Below, in pieces: positions 63,801 to 64,000 of a DNA stretch of 64,000 nucleotides. A program made the position numbers and the translations under genes. Below the pieces are notes generated by a model, which saw only the letters and a list, made by a program, of their open reading frames with translations, was not told the origin of the DNA and did not search any database. Numbering within the stretch: the first letter of the stretch is position 1; each line of letters begins with the position of its first letter. The DNA is from Macrostomum lignano. Taxonomy: Eukaryota. The DNA lies in contig NIVC01000386.1 in assembly GCA_002269645.1 (NCBI GenBank), forward strand, positions 310,001-374,000, given 5' to 3'.

Positions 63801-64000
63801 AGATTGCCGAATACACGGCCACGGACAGCATCCTGGGGTGCTGATAGATTATCAGCATTTGATGGATTATCAACATTAATATTGGGCACAGAATATCAAC
63901 ATGAGCCTCCACACTGCCTTACCTCGGGCTAAAACACAATCGCTGACTTTGTGCCATTTTTTCGCAGTTTTCGAAGATCCAGCTTCCTACTGTCCCAGCA

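Overview
Eukaryotic animal genomic DNA: GC-rich spliced genes with GT-AG introns, dense minisatellites and AT-rich intergenic stretches. The pattern resembles the flatworm Macrostomum lignano (inference only). Host genes: two tandem paralogues of a secreted PAN/Apple + ConA/LamG-like protein (-), a single-exon PAN + C-type lectin gene (-), a 9-exon DUF4062-like/NACHT/TPR gene with degenerate Walker motifs (-), ZDHHC3/7-like palmitoyltransferase (+), a short KDM4-like demethylase with a coding minisatellite (+), an RTP-like zf-3CxxC gene lacking a C-terminal TM anchor (-) and the 5' part of a FAT1/2/3-like cadherin (+). The most striking region, 8.4-18.6 kb, is a nest of retroelements. A decayed Gypsy element is interrupted by two RTE insertions and by a Penelope-like element with an inverted duplication and a hammerhead ribozyme. 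The Penelope-like element is itself split by a structurally complete Ngaro-type tyrosine-recombinase retrotransposon (A1-ORFs-B1-A2-B2). The window preserves that element's empty target site (shared ACTAA core). Its sequence suggests gag-RT stop-codon readthrough and a spliced route to the recombinase. Also present: two copies of a tRNA-derived SINE, a second Gypsy element with a sharp internal CpG-depletion gradient, MITE-like elements, and minisatellites, some of which amplify splice donors. All domain calls come from manual motif recognition; no database searches were run.
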